Source: Gammaproteobacteria bacterium | GTDB lineage: Bacteria > Pseudomonadota > Gammaproteobacteria > GCA-001735895 | Reading direction: 5' to 3' | Assembly (NCBI GenBank): GCA_050298595.1 | Contig: JBNKUM010000058.1 | Span: 1 to 25,598, forward strand | Length of the DNA stretch: 25,598 nt | Part shown: in pieces, positions 1-10,126 of the stretch | Layout: every line of letters starts with the position of its first letter | Position numbering within the stretch: the first letter of the stretch is position 1 | Translations under genes and position numbers: made by a program | The notes under the pieces: generated by a model | What the model was told of the DNA's origin: nothing | Seen by the model: the letters and a program-made list of their open reading frames with translations, nothing else | The model's database searches: none

Positions 1-1764
1 ACGATCAATGGGACCAACGATGCAGCAACTGTATCTAGTGCAACCGTCGCGTTAACAGAAACCGATTCAGCTCTAACAACTTCCGGCACCTTGACCAGTA
101 TAGATGTGGACAATGTAGATAATGCTTTTACAGCATCTACAACTACTGGAACTTACGGTGATTTCAGTATTGATGCCTCAGGCAACTGGACGTTTACGGC
201 CAACAGTGCATTCAATAATCTGAATGTTGGCGATAGCGTTAACGAAACCTTCAACGTCACATCAGAAGATGGAACACCTTCAACCGTCAAGATCACTATT
301 AATGGAACCAATGACGTCGCTACAGTATCCAGTGCAAGTGTGGCATTAACTGAAACCGACGCTGCTCTAACTACCTCTGGTACCTTAATTAGTACTGATG
401 TTGATAATTCGGATAATGCATTTACACCTGGTAGTACAACAGGAACCTATGGTGATTTTTCTATCGATGCTGCAGGTAACTGGACATTCACTGCAAATAA
501 TGCATTTGATAATCTGAATGTTGGGGATAGTGTTAACGAAACCTTTAGCGTCGCTTCAGTTGATGGAACACCTTCTACCATTCAGATTACGATCAATGGG
601 ACCAACGATGCAGCAACTGTATCTAGTGCAAGCGTCGTGTTAACAGAAACCGATTCAGCTCTAACAACTTCCGGCACCTTAACCAGTACCGATGTGGACA
701 ATGTAGATAATGCTTTTACAGCATCTTCAACTACTGGAACCTACGGAGATTTCTCTATTGATGCCTCGGGCAGTTGGACCTTCACAGCCAACAGTGCATT
801 TGATAATTTGAATGTTGGGGATAGTGTTAACGAAACCTTTAACGTCGCTTCAGTAGATGGAACACCTTCGACCGTTCAGATTACGATCAATGGGACCAAT
901 GATGTCGCAACCCTAAGTAGCGCTTCAATCGTCTTAACCGAAACTGATACCGCCCTGACAACCTCTGGAGTTCTGACCAGTAGTGACGTGGACAATACAG
1001 ATAACGCCTTTACCCCTTCAAGCACAAGTGGAACGATAGGCGATTTTAGTATTGATGCCTCAGGTAACTGGACATTTACAGCAAACAACGCCTTCGATAG
1101 TTTAAACGTTGGTGACAGTGTCAATGAAACTTTTACCGTAACCTCTATCGATGGCACAGCAAGTTCAGTTCAGATTACTATTAACGGTAGCAACGATACC
1201 GCTACAGTGAGTAGTGCATCTGTAGCCTTAACCGAAACAGATGCTGTGTTATCAACCACTGGTACTCTGACTAGTACGGATGTGGATGATGCTGCCAATG
1301 CCTTTAACCCATCAACTATCAGCGGTGCATTAGGTGATTTCAGTATCGATGCTAATGGTAACTGGACTTTCACAGCAAATAGTACATTCGATAGTTTAAA
1401 CACTGGCGACAGTGTGAATGAAACCTTTACTGTAAGCTCTGTCGATGGTACTGCCAGCACTGTCCAGATCACTATTAATGGTAGCAACGATGCCGCTGCA
1501 GTAAGCAGTGCTACCACAACACTGACAGAAACCGATGGCGCTTTAACTACTAACGGAACCTTAACCAGTACCGATGTAGATAACCCTGACAATTCATTTA
1601 CCCCCGCTACTATCGCAGGCACTCTGGGTGATTTTACTATGGATGCATCCGGTAACTGGGTATTCACTGCAAACAGTGCATTCGACAATCTGAATACCGG
1701 CGATAGCATTAACGAGACTTTCAACGTGACCAGTGTTGACGGTACTGCAAGCACTGTTCAAATC
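1..1764 (+). repeat. Six tandem 294-bp (98-aa) VCBS-type repeats within the adhesin
   Basis: The TING(T/S)ND codons start at 1, 295, 589, 883, 1177, 1471 and 1765, an exact 294-bp period. Unit consensus is TETD..L.T.G.L.S.DVD....F......G..GDF..DA.G.W.FTAN..FD.LN.GDS.NETF.V.S.DGT. Confidence 0.95.
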
Positions 1765-4700
1765 ACCATTAATGGTACTAACGATGCACCAACAACCTCT
1801 GCTAATAGCTATACAGTAGCCGAAGGTTCAACACTCAGCACCACTGTTACCGGCGGCATTCTGGCTAATGATATCGACCCTGAAGGTAGTTCAATGTCGG
1901 TAGTGCAGGTTGCTACTGACAATCTGGGCAATGGAGCCGTTGTTGCAGATGGTGTTAACGAAATTACAACCGCATTGGGTGGAACCGTGGTGGTAAATAG
2001 CGATGGATCATTTAGCTACACAGCACCAGCTGTGTTAGATCACAGCAGTAGTGATACCTTGCTCGACAGCTTTGCTTATATGTCAACCGACGGCAGTCTC
2101 GACTCAAGCTGGACCACAGTCACTTTCAATGTTACCGATACTGCACCAGTAGCTGTCGCTGATGCCGATAGCGTCGGTTATGGTGGCACGATTTATGGCA
2201 ATGTGATTACAGGTGCTGGTGGTACCGGATCTGGTGAAGATAGTGTGGGTGCTGATGGCGCGCAACTGACCTCGGTAACCTATAAAGGCACTACCTATAG
2301 TAACTTTGATGCCTCCGGCAATGTTTCAATAAACGCCGATCATGGATCACTGGCCATTAATAAGGATGGGTCCTACAGTTATCATTCTAATGAATTGACC
2401 ATAACGCCAGTAAGCGATGAATTATTCAGCTATACGATTCAGGATAATGATGGTGATAGCGCTTCTGCAGTACTTACTGTTAATCATGACAATATCAACG
2501 CTGCGATAGGTGATGTAACTACTGTCTACGAATCAGGCCTTGCACGTGGTACCGAACATAATACCAACCTTGAATTTACCAGTGGCAATTTACTGGACAA
2601 CGATACTGGCATAGGTGCTAACACCGAGATAAGCCAACTGACCTTCGGTGGTCACACAGTGTCTCCGTCTGGAGGAGTGATTACCATTAACGGTAACTAT
2701 GGAACCTTAACAGTTTATACCGCTGATACTGCAACCAATCGTATGGGGGATTATGAATATACACTCACCAGCGCAAGTTCAGGCGATGCAGTTACTGAGT
2801 CATTTCAGTATAGCTTACAGGATTCTGTTACCGGACAGTCCAGTACTGCGAACCTTAGCGTTGGCATCGTTGACGATGCGCCAGGTGGAATAGATATCGT
2901 TCAAAACCTGGCTACAGGTGCTGCGCCCAACACTTACAACCTGTCAATCGTGCTGGATGTATCAGGTAGTATGGATTGGTTAGCTCCAGATGGGCAAACT
3001 CGTTTACAGATTGCAAAAGACTCGCTCGAAGCGTTGATCAGAGAGGTTGATGGACTGGGTAATGTGAATGTTCAGATTGTTGCTTTCTCCGACTTCACGT
3101 CTAGCTCCGGCTGGTTTATTGATGATGTTTACGGTGCAATGGATTTCCTCAACGGCCTGTCCGCTGGCGGCGGCACCTATTACGATTCTGCACTGAACAC
3201 CCTGATCAATTCAGGTGCTCAGCCCGCAGCAGATCAGAATCTGGTGTATTTCGTGTCTGATGGTGTATCAACATGGGATCATGGGGTCGATAACACGATT
3301 ACTTATACCAATAATGCAGGTATTACCTTGAATGGCCAGGATGCCTGGGAATCATATGTTGAAGAAAATGTAGATATCGCTTTTGGAATTGGCATTGGTT
3401 CAGCCAGCCTGAGTGAGCTTCAGCAGGTGGCTCATCCTGAGGTCAATGGAGCAGACCCGTATGCTATCACGGTAGCCGATCCAGCAGATCTGACAGTCAC
3501 ACTACTGGAAACCGTATCCAATAATATTATTTCTGGTTCGATTGATGTACTAGGTGCAAATGGCGCGGCAGGTTTTGTGATTGGCGCTGATGGTGGTTAT
3601 ATCTCAGAAATCATCATTGACGGAGTGAGCTATAGCTATGACCCCTTAAGTGGTGCAAGCAATTTACTAACTGTAGTCACTGCTCTGGGTGGTACACTGG
3701 ATATCGATTTTGCTTCGGGTGAATATGTATATACGCTTGATGTTGATCAATCAGTACTGGGTCAGGTAGAACACTTTCCTGTAACGGTTATAGATAATGA
3801 TGGTGATGTATTCTCAGCCAATATCCAGTTCAATATCGATTACCAGCCAGGTCTGGATGCGAATCAGGATATCATAATTACCAATATTAGCGATGGAACT
3901 CCAATACATATCAGTGACTCAGCTTTGCTACATAATGATCGTGTTGATGCCAATGCATTTCTAAGCGCAGCCGATAATGCAGTCGGTGGAACCGTAAGCA
4001 TGGGTAGTGGCGAAGTAATTTTCAGCACTGAAGGCAATGCTCTTTCAGAGTCAGATTTTTCAACAACCAGTGCTGCCGTTGAGATTAACGACAGAGGTGA
4101 ATACACAGCAACCAACAACTCTGCCTTGACAGCAACCGACATGTCTGACAGGTCACTATTCAGCTCTAACGTTGGCAACCTGTCTGGTGTGAATTCTAAT
4201 GGCTACAGTGCCGCTTACTACGGCAGTATTTACTCTAGTGATGACCAGGACTGGATTAAAGTGACTCTGGCGCAGGGCGAAACTATACACCTGAACGTTT
4301 CAAGTTTTGCAGTGAGTGCCTCTATCTATGATAGTAATGGAAACTATGTTTTAGATGTCGCTAGTCATTCATGGGAACCAAACGGTGGTTTTACCGCACC
4401 AGCATCGGGTGAATACTATGTTGTGATCAAAGCTGATTATACCTGGAGCAGTGGAAAGTATGACCTCTTAATGACGATTGATACCTCTTCAGCTGATTAT
4501 TCGACCTTTGACTATACTCTGGATAATGGAGCTGGAGTGTTAGATACTACATCTGCAGGTATTCATACAGTCAGTGGTAATACCCTGACCGGCGGCAAGG
4601 AATCTGAAATCCTTATCTCGGGGGATCAAAGTGATACCCTCGCTGGTAATGCCGGAGATGATGTATTATTTGGTAATGCTGGCAATGACATACTGCAGGG

Positions 4701-5109
4701 AGGTACGGGCGATGATCTGTTAATTGGCGGTAGTGGAAACGATAGTCTGCTAGGTGGTGCTGGTATCGATATATTCGCTCTGGAAGCAGGGGATGAAGGT
4801 AGCAGTCTGGCTCCTGCAGTGGATACCATTGCTGATTTTACTGTTGGCACTGGTGGTGACGTGCTGGACCTCTCCGATATTTTGGTTAGTGAGGATCTGT
4901 CGACACTAGATAACTATCTCAACTTTAGTTATGACAGCAATACTGGCAATACCACCATTAACATAGATCCAGCGGGAGTAGATGCCGCATTAGAAGCATC
5001 ACAGCAGATTATTTTGACAGGAGTTGATTTAACTTCGAATGGGTCGTTAAGTGATCAACAAATACTGGATAACCTGTTGAATCATGGTAATCTGATCGTC
5101 GATCATTAA
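1..5109 (+). CDS. Giant T1SS-secreted RTX adhesin (VCBS repeats, Ig-like domains, vWA, PPC-like, RTX repeats, C-terminal T1SS target domain); 5'-truncated by the window
   Basis: Frame 1 is open from base 1 (TINGTNDAATVSSA...), so the TTG at 91 is not the real start. Contains tandem 98-aa repeats, a vWA MIDAS motif DVSGS (2956-2970), a PPC-like segment DDQDWIKVTLAQGETI...GEYYVVI (~4240-4480), GGxGxDxLx repeats (4591-4776) and a C-terminal DTIADF..G.GGDVLDLSDIL motif typical of T1SS substrates. Stop TAA at 5107-5109. Confidence 0.93.
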   Translation, partial: TINGTNDAATVSSATVALTETDSALTTSGTLTSIDVDNVDNAFTASTTTGTYGDFSIDASGNWTFTANSAFNNLNVGDSVNETFNVTSEDGTPSTVKITINGTNDVATVSSASVALTETDAALTTSGTLISTDVDNSDNAFTPGSTTGTYGDFSIDAAGNWTFTANNAFDNLNVGDSVNETFSVASVDGTPSTIQITINGTNDAATVSSASVVLTETDSALTTSGTLTSTDVDNVDNAFTASSTTGTYGDFSIDASGSWTFTANSAFDNLNVGDSVNETFNVASVDGTPSTVQITINGTNDVATLSSASIVLTETDTALTTSGVLTSSDVDNTDNAFTPSSTSGTIGDFSIDASGNWTFTANNAFDSLNVGDSVNETFTVTSIDGTASSVQITINGSNDTATVSSASVALTETDAVLSTTGTLTSTDVDDAANAFNPSTISGALGDFSIDANGNWTFTANSTFDSLNTGDSVNETFTVSSVDGTASTVQITINGSNDAAAVSSATTTLTETDGALTTNGTLTSTDVDNPDNSFTPATIAGTLGDFTMDASGNWVFTANSAFDNLNTGDSINETFNVTSVDGTASTVQITINGTNDAPTTSANSYTVAEGSTLSTTVTGGILANDIDPEGSSMSVVQVATDNLGNGAVVADGVNEITTALGGTVVVNSDGSFSYTAPAVLDHSSSDTLLDSFAYMSTDGSLDSSWTTVTFNVTDTAPVAVADADSVGYGGTIYGNVITGAGGTGSGEDSVGADGAQLTSVTYKGTTYSNFDASGNVSINADHGSLAINKDGSYSYHSNELTITPVSDELFSYTIQDNDGDSASAVLTVNHDNINAAIGDVTTVYESGLARGTEHNTNLEFTSGNLLDNDTGIGANTEISQLTFGGHTVSPSGGVITINGNYGTLTVYTADTATNRMGDYEYTLTSASSGDAVTESFQYSLQDSVTGQSSTANLSVGIVDDAPGGIDIVQNLATGAAPNTYNLSIVLDVSGSMDWLAPDGQTRLQIAKDSLEALIREVDGLGNVNVQIVAFSDFTSSSGWFIDDVYGAMDFLNGLSAGGGTYYDSALNTLINSGAQPAADQNLVYFVSDGVSTWDHGVDNTITYTNNAGITLNGQDAWESYVEENVDIAFGIGIGSASLSELQQVAHPEVNGADPYAITVADPADLTVTLLETVSNNIISGSIDVLGANGAAGFVIGADGGYISEIIIDGVSYSYDPLSGASNLLTVVTALGGTLDIDFASGEYVYTLDVDQSVLGQVEHFPVTVIDNDGDVFSANIQFNIDYQPGLDANQDIIITNISDGTPIHISDSALLHNDRVDANAFLSAADNAVGGTVSMGSGEVIFSTEGNALSESDFSTTSAAVEINDRGEYTATNNSALTATDMSDRSLFSSNVGNLSGVNSNGYSAAYYGSIYSSDDQDWIKVTLAQGETIHLNVSSFAVSASIYDSNGNYVLDVASHSWEPNGGFTAPASGEYYVVIKADYTWSSGKYDLLMTIDTSSADYSTFDYTLDNGAGVLDTTSAGIHTVSGNTLTGGKESEILISGDQSDTLAGNAGDDVLFGNAGNDILQGGTGDDLLIGGSGNDSLLGGAGIDIFALEAGDEGSSLAPAVDTIADFTVGTGGDVLDLSDILVSEDLSTLDNYLNFSYDSNTGNTTINIDPAGVDAALEASQQIILTGVDLTSNGSLSDQQILDNLLNHGNLIVDH
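4591..4776 (+). repeat. RTX (hemolysin-type Ca2+-binding) nonapeptide repeats
   Basis: Translation reads GNAGDDVLF, GNAGNDILQ, GGTGDDLLI, GGSGNDSLL, GGAGIDIF, preceded by degenerate units. Confidence 0.92.
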
Positions 5110-5133
5110 TGTTACTTTCTGGTGTTAAATTAA

Positions 5134-5961
5134 ATGAATGTAGAGTCAACTACGGCTGCTATCGACGATCTGGCTGAAGCGAAATTTCAACGCGATGGTT
5201 ACCTGATTGTGCCTCAGTTATATGAGGTCGATCGCTGCATGGCAATCCGTGAAGAAATCCTTGAGTCGCTCAATCCATTACGTGGCCCGGCAGAATTTGA
5301 AGTAGATGTGCAGTATCCCGGTTCGCCTGAGGATAGATCCAGCGAGGGAGGCAATACGCCACGCCGTTTATTGCATGCCTATGGTCGTAGTCAACTGTTA
5401 AGAGAATGGTCAACCGGGTCTATCGTCAGAGATTATCTGCAAAGGCTGATGGGCAGTAAAGACGTGTTATTGTCGCAATGTCATCACAACTGTGTGATGA
5501 CCAAGCACCCCGGGTACAGCTCTATTACATCCTGGCATCAGGATAACCGCTACTGGCGCTTCGACCGACCTGAACTGGTGTCGGTGTGGCTGGCGCTGGG
5601 TGATGAGTATGAAGCGAATGGAAGCCTGATGTTTATTCCAGGCTCACATCGACTGGATCTTGCATTAGGTCGCTTTGACAGAGATATTTTTTTCCGTACC
5701 GATTTAGAAGAAAACAGCGAATTACTGGCGTCTGCAGTTACTGCAGATTTAAAGATGGGAGATGTGGTTTTTTTCCATTCACGAACCCTGCATGCAGCTG
5801 GTATGAATAATACTGATTCGGTAAAACTCTCGCCTGTTTTTACTTATCACACTGAGGATAACCAGCCGATACCAGGAACCCGCTCAGCGCTTTATCCCTC
5901 TATCAGGCTACAGGCTCCAATTACTAAACAGAGTCTGCAGCCTTCAAATGACAATATTTAA
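5134..5961 (+). CDS. Phytanoyl-CoA dioxygenase (PhyH) family Fe(II)/2-oxoglutarate dioxygenase
   Basis: N-terminal F.RDGYL motif, WHQD (HxD), SVWLAL, NGSLMFIPGSH, and GDVVFFHSRTLHAA (distal His). Confidence 0.9.
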   Translation: MNVESTTAAIDDLAEAKFQRDGYLIVPQLYEVDRCMAIREEILESLNPLRGPAEFEVDVQYPGSPEDRSSEGGNTPRRLLHAYGRSQLLREWSTGSIVRDYLQRLMGSKDVLLSQCHHNCVMTKHPGYSSITSWHQDNRYWRFDRPELVSVWLALGDEYEANGSLMFIPGSHRLDLALGRFDRDIFFRTDLEENSELLASAVTADLKMGDVVFFHSRTLHAAGMNNTDSVKLSPVFTYHTEDNQPIPGTRSALYPSIRLQAPITKQSLQPSNDNI

Positions 5962-5970
5962 AACCTTTTC

Positions 5971-6005
5971 ACCTCAGATTATGGTGTGCTGCCCTAATCT
6001 GAGGT
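5971..6005. terminator. Stem-loop between the convergent phyH-like and fcs-like genes; probable bidirectional terminator
   Basis: ACCTCAGATTA (5971-5981) and TAATCTGAGGT (5995-6005) are perfect 11-bp inverted arms located between the two stop codons. U-tracts are weak. Confidence 0.6.
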
Positions 6006-6007
6006 AA

Positions 6008-7834
6008 TTATTTGATCGTCAATACATCAGCCCCCGGTTTGTCCTGGTAAAGCGCTTTTACCAGATCGGCTCTTCTCGCCAGTACCGAACGCTGGTTAAC
6101 CGATCCCTTGTCGGTCATTTCGCCAGTTTGTATCGAGGCGTCTTCGCTCATGATCATGACACGTTTGATCAGGGTGGAGCTGCCTGTTGAAACTTCTTTA
6201 TATTCGTTCAAAGCGCGCTGGATATACTCCCTGATGATGTGATTTGAGGCCAGTTCTTCAGTGCTTGCATTGGTGAGTGTTGGGTCCATTTTTCGGGCCT
6301 GTTCCACATCAAGAAATAGTAAAGCTCCGATAAAGTCCAAATCGTGTCCGGTTAGCACCAGCTCTCGTACCAGCGGTGCAGCATGGTTGATAAAACCTGC
6401 ACGCAGATTGGCAAAGTTGACCCAGGTTCCGGTCGACAGTTTGAAGTCTTCTGCGAGTCTTCCGTTGTACATCAGGCCTTTAGATATATCGTCAGGATCG
6501 GCCAGTTTGACGGCATCCTTGATACAGTAAAAACCTTCGTCATCAAAGGCTTCGGCGGTTTTGTCGGGCTCGCCCCAGTAGCCTGGTGTAATCGATGGGC
6601 CGCGTACACGAAGTTCGGTTTTGACATCGTGTGGAACCAGCTTGAATTCAACACCGACAGCAGGTAGGCCGACCAGGCCTGGTTTTCTCATCGGCCCAAT
6701 CGGGCAGGTGGCGAAAGGTGCAGTTTCGGTGGCACCGTATCCGGTAATGATCAGGGTTTCCTTGCCTACGGTTTCGATCGACATCTCTTCCAGACGTTTG
6801 AAGATATGCGGGGACAGGCCGGCGCCTGAGTATTGAATTAACTTGACGTTTGAAAAGAATTTTTCTTTCAACTCAACGTTTTTTTCCATTTCGGCGACCA
6901 GCAATTCAAAGCCTTTAGGGACATTGAAATACAGCGTGGGTGCTATGTCACACAGGTTTGTGACCGAATGATGCATTAAGTTTGGAGTGGGCTTTCCTTC
7001 ATCGATATACAGCGTACCGCCATTATAAAGCGTCAGGCCAAAGTTGTGATTACCACCTGCTGTGTGATTCCATGGTAGCCAGTCGACCAGCACTGGAGGT
7101 TCATCCTGCAGAAAAGCAATGGATTGACGAATCATTTCCTGGTTGGAACACAGCATGCGCTGGGTATTGATCACTCCTTTAGGCATGCCGGTAGATCCTG
7201 AGGTAAAAAGAAGTTTGGCAACGGTATCCGGTGTGATAGACGCTTCGGCAGCAAGCAGAGATTCACCCGGAACAGTTGCCAGAGCATCTGCAAGACTGAA
7301 GCCGCTTTCGGCATTGTCTACGGCCATTACCATGCAATCGACTTCAACTGCCTGTATAGCCTGTTTGAATGGCTCGGTGTCATCCACGAAAATCATCGAT
7401 GGAGACATGAGTTCAAGAACGTAACTGAGTTTGACGTAGTCGGTAGATAGCAGCGCATAGGCGGGAGTGATGGCTGCATAGGGAACACCGGCACGCATCG
7501 CGCCCAGAGCCATGAGTGCGTGGTCAATAGAGTTGGGTGCCATAATGGCGAGACCATGTTCTGCGCTCAAGCCCTTATCCAGCAGGTATTGACCAATGGC
7601 GCGAGACTGATCTTTAATCTGTTTATAGGTTAGTGATCTCCAGCCAGAGTCTGCGCGTCTATCAGCGATAGCCATGTTATCCGGCGTTTTTTCAGCCCAT
7701 TCATCCAGCTTGTCGAATAGCGCTCTCGGGTAATCGGGCAGGGGGGCGTCATTAGTAATGTAAAGCACCCCGTCATCAGCGTGGCGTAAAGTTGCTTTTG
7801 CCCAGTTCATGTTGACCGAACGTAGATTAGCCAT
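6008..7834 (-). CDS. fcs: Feruloyl-CoA synthetase-like (hydroxycinnamoyl-CoA) ligase, AMP-binding family
   Basis: AMP-binding P-loop [58 protein letters not shown] and C-terminal [11 protein letters not shown], all characteristic of the Fcs subfamily. RBS GAGGA upstream. Confidence 0.88.
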   Translation of the reverse strand: MANLRSVNMNWAKATLRHADDGVLYITNDAPLPDYPRALFDKLDEWAEKTPDNMAIADRRADSGWRSLTYKQIKDQSRAIGQYLLDKGLSAEHGLAIMAPNSIDHALMALGAMRAGVPYAAITPAYALLSTDYVKLSYVLELMSPSMIFVDDTEPFKQAIQAVEVDCMVMAVDNAESGFSLADALATVPGESLLAAEASITPDTVAKLLFTSGSTGMPKGVINTQRMLCSNQEMIRQSIAFLQDEPPVLVDWLPWNHTAGGNHNFGLTLYNGGTLYIDEGKPTPNLMHHSVTNLCDIAPTLYFNVPKGFELLVAEMEKNVELKEKFFSNVKLIQYSGAGLSPHIFKRLEEMSIETVGKETLIITGYGATETAPFATCPIGPMRKPGLVGLPAVGVEFKLVPHDVKTELRVRGPSITPGYWGEPDKTAEAFDDEGFYCIKDAVKLADPDDISKGLMYNGRLAEDFKLSTGTWVNFANLRAGFINHAAPLVRELVLTGHDLDFIGALLFLDVEQARKMDPTLTNASTEELASNHIIREYIQRALNEYKEVSTGSSTLIKRVMIMSEDASIQTGEMTDKGSVNQRSVLARRADLVKALYQDKPGADVLTIK

Positions 7835-7904
7835 TTAATTGTTCCTCGAAATAAGGTTTTCCAGGCCGTGTAATTTTATATCTGACTCTGGGTTAAGTTA
7901 GTCG

Positions 7905-8783
7905 TTATTTGTTTTCAGACTCAGCCAGTCCTAATAAACGGACCGCGTTATCTTTTAGAATCCGTTGATGAACTTCGGGCTTGAACCCCGCATTCTGGAA
8001 ATCAGATATCCAGCGTTCAGGTGTAATCAATGGAAAATCGGATCCGAACAGTATGCGATCCTTCAACAGCGTATTGGAATACTGGATGAGCTGTTTAGGA
8101 AAATATTTTGGCGACCAGCCGGATAGATCGATATAGATATTCGGCTTATGCACAGCCAGTGACAAAGCTTCGTCCTGCCAGGGCCAGGAAGGATGCGCAA
8201 TAATAATCTTGATGTCTGGAAAATCGATAGCCACATCTTCCAGTAGCATGGGGTTTGAATTCTGCAGACGCAGTCCACCACCAGCACGCATACCTGAGCC
8301 AATGCCTGAGTGACCACTATGGAAGATTGCAGGCATGTTATATTCTGCAATTACTTCATAGATAGGCCAGGCCATCTTGTCGTAAGGCAGAAACCCCTGT
8401 ACGGTCGGGTGAAACTTGAAGCCCCTGACACCATAGTCTTCGATCATACGGCGAGCTTCTCGCGCACCCATTTTACCTTTATGAGGATCGATACTGGCGA
8501 AAGCGATCATCATGTCGCTATTTTTCTGAGCGGCTTCGGCAACTTCTTCGTTAGGAATACGGCGACGTCCGAGCTGGCTTTCAGAGTCTACAGTGAACAT
8601 CACCAGGCCGATTTTCTGCTCACGATAATACGCAACAGTTTCATCTATGGTAGGACGGTGCGACGAACCGAAATATTTATCTGCAGCTCGATCATACTCT
8701 TCACCAAAGCTGTCTGGCGGAGCGCAACAGGATACTTCAGCATGGGTATGCATATCGATGGCAACGAGTTCATCTATATTCAT
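7905..8783 (-). CDS. Amidohydrolase-2 family protein; probable aryl-beta-ketoacyl-CoA hydrolase (CouO/PhdC/Atu1421-like)
   Basis: Metal-binding D-x-H-x-H (DMHTHAE), GFKFHP, FHSGHSGIG, AHPSWPW, YIDLSGWSPKYF and FGSDFP. It is adjacent to the fcs-like ligase. The family call is firm; the specific activity is inferred from context. Confidence 0.82.
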   Translation of the reverse strand: MNIDELVAIDMHTHAEVSCCAPPDSFGEEYDRAADKYFGSSHRPTIDETVAYYREQKIGLVMFTVDSESQLGRRRIPNEEVAEAAQKNSDMMIAFASIDPHKGKMGAREARRMIEDYGVRGFKFHPTVQGFLPYDKMAWPIYEVIAEYNMPAIFHSGHSGIGSGMRAGGGLRLQNSNPMLLEDVAIDFPDIKIIIAHPSWPWQDEALSLAVHKPNIYIDLSGWSPKYFPKQLIQYSNTLLKDRILFGSDFPLITPERWISDFQNAGFKPEVHQRILKDNAVRLLGLAESENK

Positions 8784-8812
8784 CAGAGATACCTTCTATT
8801 TTTTGTATGGGG

Positions 8813-10123
8813 TCATAGCGCTATACCCCAGGTCAATATTGGGAAAAGTACTAGCAGTACAACCCGAGTAAAGTCAGAAATCAGGAAAGGCAGAACACCC
8901 TTAAAGGTTTGGTTCATGGGTACATCACCAGCCATTTTGTTGATGACGAATACGTTCATGCCAACTGGTGGAGTAATCATGCCCACTTCAACTACGATCA
9001 GGCAGAGTATGCCAAACCAGAGTGCGGTTTGTTCCTGCGTCATACCAAAATCCAGCACCATAATAGCAGGGAAAAAGATGGGTATTGTAAGCAGAATCAT
9101 ACTCAGGGAATCCATCAGGCAACCCAGCACCAGATAAACTAGTAGTATCACAGCCATAACCATGTAAGGCGATAAACTGCTTTCAATAATATATTCGGCC
9201 AGATATTCAGGCATGCCACTAAGGCTAAGAAATGCATTGAAGATATCGGCACCCAGAATGATGACAAAAATCATACCGGTATTGATGGCTGTCTGGGTCA
9301 GGCATTCTAGAAAGCGATTGATATTCATCTGGCGATTTGCAATGGCGATTATCGTGGTTCCTATGACACCAAATGCGGCTGCTTCAGTTGGCGTAAATAT
9401 ACCGGCATAGATTCCGCCGAGTACCCCGAGAAACAGGATACTGGCAGGTAGCAGGTTGATTATGGCGTGAAGCTTTTCATTCCAGCTGGTTTTTTCGGAG
9501 CAATCGGCATAATCAGGGTGCAGCTTTACCACCACCAGAATCGCAATCATATATCCCAGTATTGCCATCACACCGGGTACCATTGCAGACAGAAATAGTT
9601 TGGCAATATTCTGTTCGGTTAATAATGCGTAGATGATTAATACGATTGAGGGTGGAATCAAAATCCCCAGTGTGCCACCCGCAGCAAGAGCACCGGTTGA
9701 CAGGGCTCCGTTGTATCCGTGACGACGCATTTCGGGTAATGCTACCTGACCCATGGTTGCAGCCGTTGCCAGAGAGCTTCCACAGATTGCGCCGAACAAG
9801 CCGCAACCACCTACCGCAGCCAGTGCCAGTCCACCTCGATAGTGGCCAATAAAGGCATTCATTCCATCAAACAACGATTTACTAATACCGGAGCGTGATG
9901 CCAGGTTCCCCATTAACAGAAATAGCGGAATGATCGAGTAACTATTATTAGCCATCTGATTAAAACTGGAGTTTTTCAAAAAGAAAAACAACGTTGTGTA
10001 ATCATCAATGATGGTGTATCCCAGAACACCTGCTGCCATCATGGCGACACCAATAGGGATGCGGATGAACATTAACACCAGCATCAGGATGACCATCAGG
10101 CCAGCTACACCTTCACTACTCAC
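8813..10123 (-). CDS. dctM: TRAP transporter large permease
   Basis: Highly hydrophobic 436 aa with motifs IPLFLLMG, GAICGSSLATAA, GGTLGILIPPS, FTPTEAAA and ITPPVGMNVFV. GTG start just after the dctQ stop. Confidence 0.95.
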   Translation of the reverse strand: MSSEGVAGLMVILMLVLMFIRIPIGVAMMAAGVLGYTIIDDYTTLFFFLKNSSFNQMANNSYSIIPLFLLMGNLASRSGISKSLFDGMNAFIGHYRGGLALAAVGGCGLFGAICGSSLATAATMGQVALPEMRRHGYNGALSTGALAAGGTLGILIPPSIVLIIYALLTEQNIAKLFLSAMVPGVMAILGYMIAILVVVKLHPDYADCSEKTSWNEKLHAIINLLPASILFLGVLGGIYAGIFTPTEAAAFGVIGTTIIAIANRQMNINRFLECLTQTAINTGMIFVIILGADIFNAFLSLSGMPEYLAEYIIESSLSPYMVMAVILLVYLVLGCLMDSLSMILLTIPIFFPAIMVLDFGMTQEQTALWFGILCLIVVEVGMITPPVGMNVFVINKMAGDVPMNQTFKGVLPFLISDFTRVVLLVLFPILTWGIAL

Positions 10124-10126
10124 GTT

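Noticed and set aside
91-93. TTG start assigned to the adhesin by the ORF track
   Set aside because: The frame is open from base 1 and continues the repeat pattern; the true start is upstream of the window.
1-1764. Tandem repeats as a possible CRISPR array
   Set aside because: They are 294-bp in-frame coding units with no short repeat and unique spacer structure.
876-4850. Antisense ORFs within the adhesin (876-1157, 1170-1754, 3864-4178, 4626-4850)
   Set aside because: Shadow ORFs caused by the repetitive, biased codon usage of the sense gene; no recognisable motifs.
8310-9137. 275-aa plus-strand ORF
   Set aside because: Lies antisense to the well-supported amidohydrolase and dctM genes and has no recognisable domain.
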